Virus record (IMG/VR): IMGVR_UViG_3300031555_002371
Coordinates: 32,001-96,000 of that record
DNA from: a virus
Lineage: Duplodnaviria > Caudoviricetes
Strand: one strand, 5' to 3'
DNA: 64,000 nt
Below are positions 59,581 through 64,000 of this stretch, piece after piece (position 1 is the first letter of the stretch; every line of letters starts with the position of its first letter). Made by a program: the position numbers and the translations under genes. The notes below the pieces were generated by a model. That model was not told where the DNA came from and made no database searches. It saw only the letters and a program-made list of their open reading frames with translations.

Positions 59581-60213
59581 TTAATTTTTAGATACTTTCC
59601 ATTTTTCAATCGCATCCTCAAGGTTGTCGCCAATGTCGAGTTCGGTTTCGTACTCAACCATTGTTTCAAGCTGCATAACATCAATCTTGGTCGATGTATC
59701 ATCAAGTTCTTTACGAAGGCGATTTGCGATTGCCTTAACTTTATTTCTGTCGAAATCAATTGTAGTTACTTCTTTGATGTCGTAACAATATACGGTCTGA
59801 TTACCCTCACCGTTAAACTTGGTAGCCTTACCAGTTGTAATGGTTTCGGACGCCTTAATGTTAGCCATAGCGACTAATCTATTAAGAAGCATTCTCTTAC
59901 GATTATTAACTGCAATCATGCCATCAAAATCATGACCATTTGCGGTTTTTGCCTTGTTGATAGCAATAGTCAACTTCTCGGACTCATCCTGAAGATAACA
60001 AGCAAAATCAATAAGCTCTCCAACATTGGATGCACAATCGGTCATCTTTGGCTTTACGATTGTTTCATCCTCTGCTTCGGCAAATGCTTTCTTACGCATA
60101 TGCTCCTGTGTAACAATGGTGATGTTAGCGGGATAGCCAAGAATCACAATGATTTCATCAGATAACTTTTTCAAATAATTCTGCACTTCAAAACTTTTCT
60201 TTAATGTAATCAC
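59581..60213 (-). CDS. 210-aa helical/coiled-coil hypothetical protein upstream of the structured RNA
   Basis: AAGGAG SD, GTG start, amphipathic helices. Confidence 0.8.
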   Translation of the reverse strand: MITLKKSFEVQNYLKKLSDEIIVILGYPANITIVTQEHMRKKAFAEAEDETIVKPKMTDCASNVGELIDFACYLQDESEKLTIAINKAKTANGHDFDGMIAVNNRKRMLLNRLVAMANIKASETITTGKATKFNGEGNQTVYCYDIKEVTTIDFDRNKVKAIANRLRKELDDTSTKIDVMQLETMVEYETELDIGDNLEDAIEKWKVSKN

Positions 60214-60449
60214 AACTATTTACTCCTTTTGTTTTAATTAAACTATTTATTTAAACTTTTCAATGAGATTTGCGGCTGGCACAGCAGTTGCCATGCCAGC
60301 GCACCACAAAGAAAAGAGAAAGATAAAGAAATGAAAGCAGAGGGTATATATCCCTCTATTATACGAAAAAACAGGTTTTTCAGATTCAGTTTTAAGCCTC
60401 GAAAGTTTCGGGGCTAAGAGGGGGTAAAATAAAATTCATCTAAAAATTG

Positions 60450-61313
60450 TTAAACGGAATTTTTATTTTTCTTTCGCTCTCTATCATATGCCTTTACAAA
60501 TTCTCGTTGACAACTCACACATCTACAAGTACGATTGTTCTTGGAGTCCACTTGAAATTCATAACCACAATCTACGCATTTGATGGTTTTTATTTCTTGC
60601 GGAGAATATTGTGTGCAGGAAGAACAGTATTTCTTCGTACCATTTTTGTTGCCCTTGGTTAAGATATCGCATTCGCTGCAACGAATATAATTTTCTCCTT
60701 TGTATTTTAGATACTCATATCCAAGCTCACGGAAGTCATAAACTTGAAATACTTTTTCGCTCTCGTCATCGACAAATGTAACTCGACAACTTAAATTATC
60801 ATTTCGTTTTGGCAATTCCAATAGACCCAGTTTGCGCAATTTTCCAATCTTAATGTCGCGGTCTTGTAAGTTGCAAGTAATGCGAGCCAAAGTGAAAATC
60901 TCTTTGTCGCCAACGTTAACCCATCCGTTGTTTTGTGCATTTTTAATATTTCCAAGTTTAGCAAGACACAAGAATGTGAAAATCAATCGTTCAAGAACTT
61001 TATTGTGGATACCCGTTATGGTATCAAGCTCAGATTGAGTAATCCATACACCGTCTATTTGGTATAATGTGTATTTCCCAGCGTTGCTCGCTATACGTTC
61101 AATATTGGCATCCCAATCGAGTTTATTGTTTTCGTAGTGTGGATAGTTTTTCTCCATAAAATCAATTAGCAGGGAAGTTATTTTCTTCTTTCGATATCCA
61201 AGGTGATGATAATAATATTTTGCCAGAATCGAAAGTGTGGAAAACGGCTTTCCTACAATCTGCCCATTGTTAATACAATTTTCGGCAAATTCTTTTTCGT
61301 TAAGAATAATCAT
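60450..61313 (-). CDS. hypothetical protein with C-terminal zinc fingers
   Basis: CSEC..CSSC, CVDC..CVSC; overlaps the RNA polymerase gene. Confidence 0.75.
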   Translation of the reverse strand: MIILNEKEFAENCINNGQIVGKPFSTLSILAKYYYHHLGYRKKKITSLLIDFMEKNYPHYENNKLDWDANIERIASNAGKYTLYQIDGVWITQSELDTITGIHNKVLERLIFTFLCLAKLGNIKNAQNNGWVNVGDKEIFTLARITCNLQDRDIKIGKLRKLGLLELPKRNDNLSCRVTFVDDESEKVFQVYDFRELGYEYLKYKGENYIRCSECDILTKGNKNGTKKYCSSCTQYSPQEIKTIKCVDCGYEFQVDSKNNRTCRCVSCQREFVKAYDRERKKNKNSV

Positions 61314-64000
61314 CAATCTCACCTCCTAATGTTTTGGTTTTCATAACGAAGTCGATTCCGCAATATTGGAAATCGCCAACATCGTCTGTCTGCTCCGGGA
61401 ACTGAATCTGCCCGCCAGAGTTCCTAAGTAAATTTTTTATAATAACATTCCCACTAACATCCCACGCAAACTGTTTGGAATTCTCAGTGTGATAAAGCAT
61501 ATCAATAACAATATTACATAATTCATCTTCGTTGGAACAAATTTTTTCGCATTCGCTTTTGAACCACTTGGAACAAACATCTCTTTCCATCCAGAGGTCA
61601 TAAATATCTACCTTTTGGTTCTCACTTTTCTTTTTGAATAGTTCTAACTTCTGAAGGTATTCCTTGTATATTGCATAAACCTTGTTAAAGTCGTGTTTAC
61701 TATATTCCGCGTCACTTTTCAATATAGAGCAATCAAAAGTAGGCTGCTCACACTTCTTTGACAAATACCCTTTAAATGTCTGCTCAAACAACCAGCATAT
61801 TCTATTGACGATACAGGCATTTGTTCCAACAGGTTTGAGTTTATAATAATAATCCAAATACTCAATCATTTCTTCGGTCTTATCCTGATATGCTTCAAGC
61901 TCTTGAATTGTGTAAATACCGTATTCCCAGAATCTTCTGGCTACACCTTGATTGTTGCTTTTTTGGTAGAGATTATTTTGAGTTTTAAGGCTTGGATACA
62001 CATAAGTCATAAAATACGGCTTATTAGCAGCCACAATAGACTTATTAAATTCTTTTCTTTTGATTGCATCCTCGTCATCGGTGTCCTTGATTTTATTGTC
62101 TCGATAACTATACCAATAGCTTGGCATTGATTTTGCGATAACGCCTTTCGCTCTATCAATTGTGTTTTGCTGATAAAGCTGTCCGCACATAATGCGATAA
62201 CCAAGTGTCTCATATTCTATTGTCCCAGGTTCAAATCCTGCTTGAACCTCAAACATTCCGGTGATATGATTTGTTACTGTTCCGATATCGTCGTTAAATG
62301 CAAGTTTGTTTGCTTGTATGATATCATCTTCGCTTGGAATTTTCTTATCCGCTTTTCGCTGTACACACATAATTGTTTTCAGGTTTTGTGTATTATGTAA
62401 AATAACGGGGTTGTCGGTACACATATTTGTATCACCGTCTTTATCAGCTCCGTTCATAGCGTCACAAGCAGTATCAAAAGCATTGAAAATAAGAGCGGTG
62501 GTGATATACTGATACCAATAGCGAGTGTCCTCGTTATTTGCAAGCCTCATTCTGCGGATATTGTTATGACACGTCATTGGCGCACGAAAACAAGCAATTT
62601 CTTCGGCGGATCGGTCAATCCAATATTTGTGATATACCTCTCCCGCTTTTAGCAATCCTGTGATTTCAAGTCCGAACATACTCTGTGCCAATGCATAAGG
62701 GTCTCCGCTAATCATTGCAAAATTTGCATTGATACGAATTGCGCCCCTCTCACCCATTTCAATACGCTTACGAATCATATTCCAGATTTTGTGACGAATG
62801 TGCGGGTCATTAATCATACGCTTATCTGCCATGAGAGCTTTTACGCAGTAATCTATATTATCGCCAAAGGCGTTTTTTTCGTTTAAGCCGAAACCAGCAA
62901 GAAACACAATACTCTTGCGGTAGTCCATACCCAGAATATCCTTAATCTCATCAATGGTCGGTTGGCAAAGTTCGTATAGTTCTTCGTCAGTAAAATGATA
63001 ACTCTGTAAAAATTGGTAATTGGTGTCTCTAACACCCTCTAATTTGTTAGGTGTAGTTTTGGGTGTGGAGAACTGATAATGATTTTCTTGGCAATTACGA
63101 TAAAAGTCCTCCCAGCTATCATAGCTATCCCAGAGCTTCAACATTGATACAGTAAGAATAACTTCAGCGTTTCTTATATCCCTCTTGTCGCCCCACGCAT
63201 CTGTTATCTCATAAGTCCCTGCGACCTTTTCCGCAAACTCCAAAAAGTCAAATGTATATACCATCCCCTTAGTCCATGCATATCGTGTATTCATACCGGC
63301 AATAGTATGTTCGCCATCACCAGTTAAATACTCATTAACCTTTCTGGAATAAGAGGGGAGCATTAAGCCGTAGCCATCAGAGTCATTGTGTTCGATTTCA
63401 AAATCGTTTTCATAACTCATAATCGGCTCATCACTATTTTCATCATTGAGAAGAATGATATCTTCTTTAAAGCGGGTAATGCAATCATTCACAACAATAA
63501 TACCGTTTGGCTCTGGTATAGGGACGGAACCAGAGCAGATAAGTGCTTGGTATGCTTCGAGTTTGGCTGGTACAAGCTCTTTTTCTATATTACGCCCATT
63601 ATCAAGTCGCTTTTTTAACTCAGGATATATTTCTTCGTTTACGTAAACAATCGTGGAGTTTTTAATGCCGCCATTTGTGCCGAGAAATCTACGATATCGG
63701 ATAATGCAACTCTTTCCATCAATTTGACCGAAGTTGATTGAGAACCCGTCATTTGCTCTATCATAATCGGCGTTGTTCTCCATGATTACACAAACATAAT
63801 CTTTTTGGAACTGCAGATTATACAAATTATCGTAATACTTGTTAATCAGCATTTTTGTTTCTCTTGTTTTTGGTTTTTTCTTTGTGTCTCTAATCTTTCT
63901 CTGAATACATCTTACAGCATCATTGATGTCGTTCTGGTTATTGATTTCATCAATGAAGCGTAAACATTGGCTGTCGTTCAATGCCACTATGCAATCCGGG
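61300..64000 (-). CDS. YonO-like single-subunit (two-barrel) RNA polymerase, 5' truncated
   Basis: DGYGL, WTKGM, FRAP, MNGADKDGD (DxDGD metal motif), QNTIDRAKG; frame open to the window edge. Confidence 0.85.
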   Translation of the reverse strand, partial: PDCIVALNDSQCLRFIDEINNQNDINDAVRCIQRKIRDTKKKPKTRETKMLINKYYDNLYNLQFQKDYVCVIMENNADYDRANDGFSINFGQIDGKSCIIRYRRFLGTNGGIKNSTIVYVNEEIYPELKKRLDNGRNIEKELVPAKLEAYQALICSGSVPIPEPNGIIVVNDCITRFKEDIILLNDENSDEPIMSYENDFEIEHNDSDGYGLMLPSYSRKVNEYLTGDGEHTIAGMNTRYAWTKGMVYTFDFLEFAEKVAGTYEITDAWGDKRDIRNAEVILTVSMLKLWDSYDSWEDFYRNCQENHYQFSTPKTTPNKLEGVRDTNYQFLQSYHFTDEELYELCQPTIDEIKDILGMDYRKSIVFLAGFGLNEKNAFGDNIDYCVKALMADKRMINDPHIRHKIWNMIRKRIEMGERGAIRINANFAMISGDPYALAQSMFGLEITGLLKAGEVYHKYWIDRSAEEIACFRAPMTCHNNIRRMRLANNEDTRYWYQYITTALIFNAFDTACDAMNGADKDGDTNMCTDNPVILHNTQNLKTIMCVQRKADKKIPSEDDIIQANKLAFNDDIGTVTNHITGMFEVQAGFEPGTIEYETLGYRIMCGQLYQQNTIDRAKGVIAKSMPSYWYSYRDNKIKDTDDEDAIKRKEFNKSIVAANKPYFMTYVYPSLKTQNNLYQKSNNQGVARRFWEYGIYTIQELEAYQDKTEEMIEYLDYYYKLKPVGTNACIVNRICWLFEQTFKGYLSKKCEQPTFDCSILKSDAEYSKHDFNKVYAIYKEYLQKLELFKKKSENQKVDIYDLWMERDVCSKWFKSECEKICSNEDELCNIVIDMLYHTENSKQFAWDVSGNVIIKNLLRNSGGQIQFPEQTDDVGDFQYCGIDFVMKTKTLGGEIDDYS

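Overview
AT-rich segment of a large temperate SPbeta-like siphophage, probably infecting Clostridia. It appears to be the non-integrated form, because phage genes flank an intact attP. Left arm (+): nucleotide metabolism genes (thyX, gmk, deoxyribosyltransferase-like, nrdD, nrdG, P-loop kinase, dUTPase), then xis and a Tn916-type tyrosine integrase. The attP carries a replacement 3' end of lysS. Right arm (-), in transcription order: YonO-like RNA polymerase; a 210-aa orphan followed by a ~455-nt structured RNA; 5 tRNAs; beta-CASP nuclease, ClpP, phosphoesterase and HU; a sixth, fMet-like tRNA; terminase, portal, endolysin, head and tail genes; a second tyrosine recombinase; tape measure; tail tip and fibre genes; two putative toxin-antitoxin morons next to attP. 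Main result: the tape measure gene is split into three exons (~1956 aa spliced) by two group I introns whose cores and splice sites can be read by hand. Intron 1 carries a Vsr-like homing endonuclease. Intron 2 has a variant P7 and, instead of an endonuclease, carries an antisense cargo gene with its own promoter and terminator. All calls come from manual motif reading and base-pairing; no searches were run.
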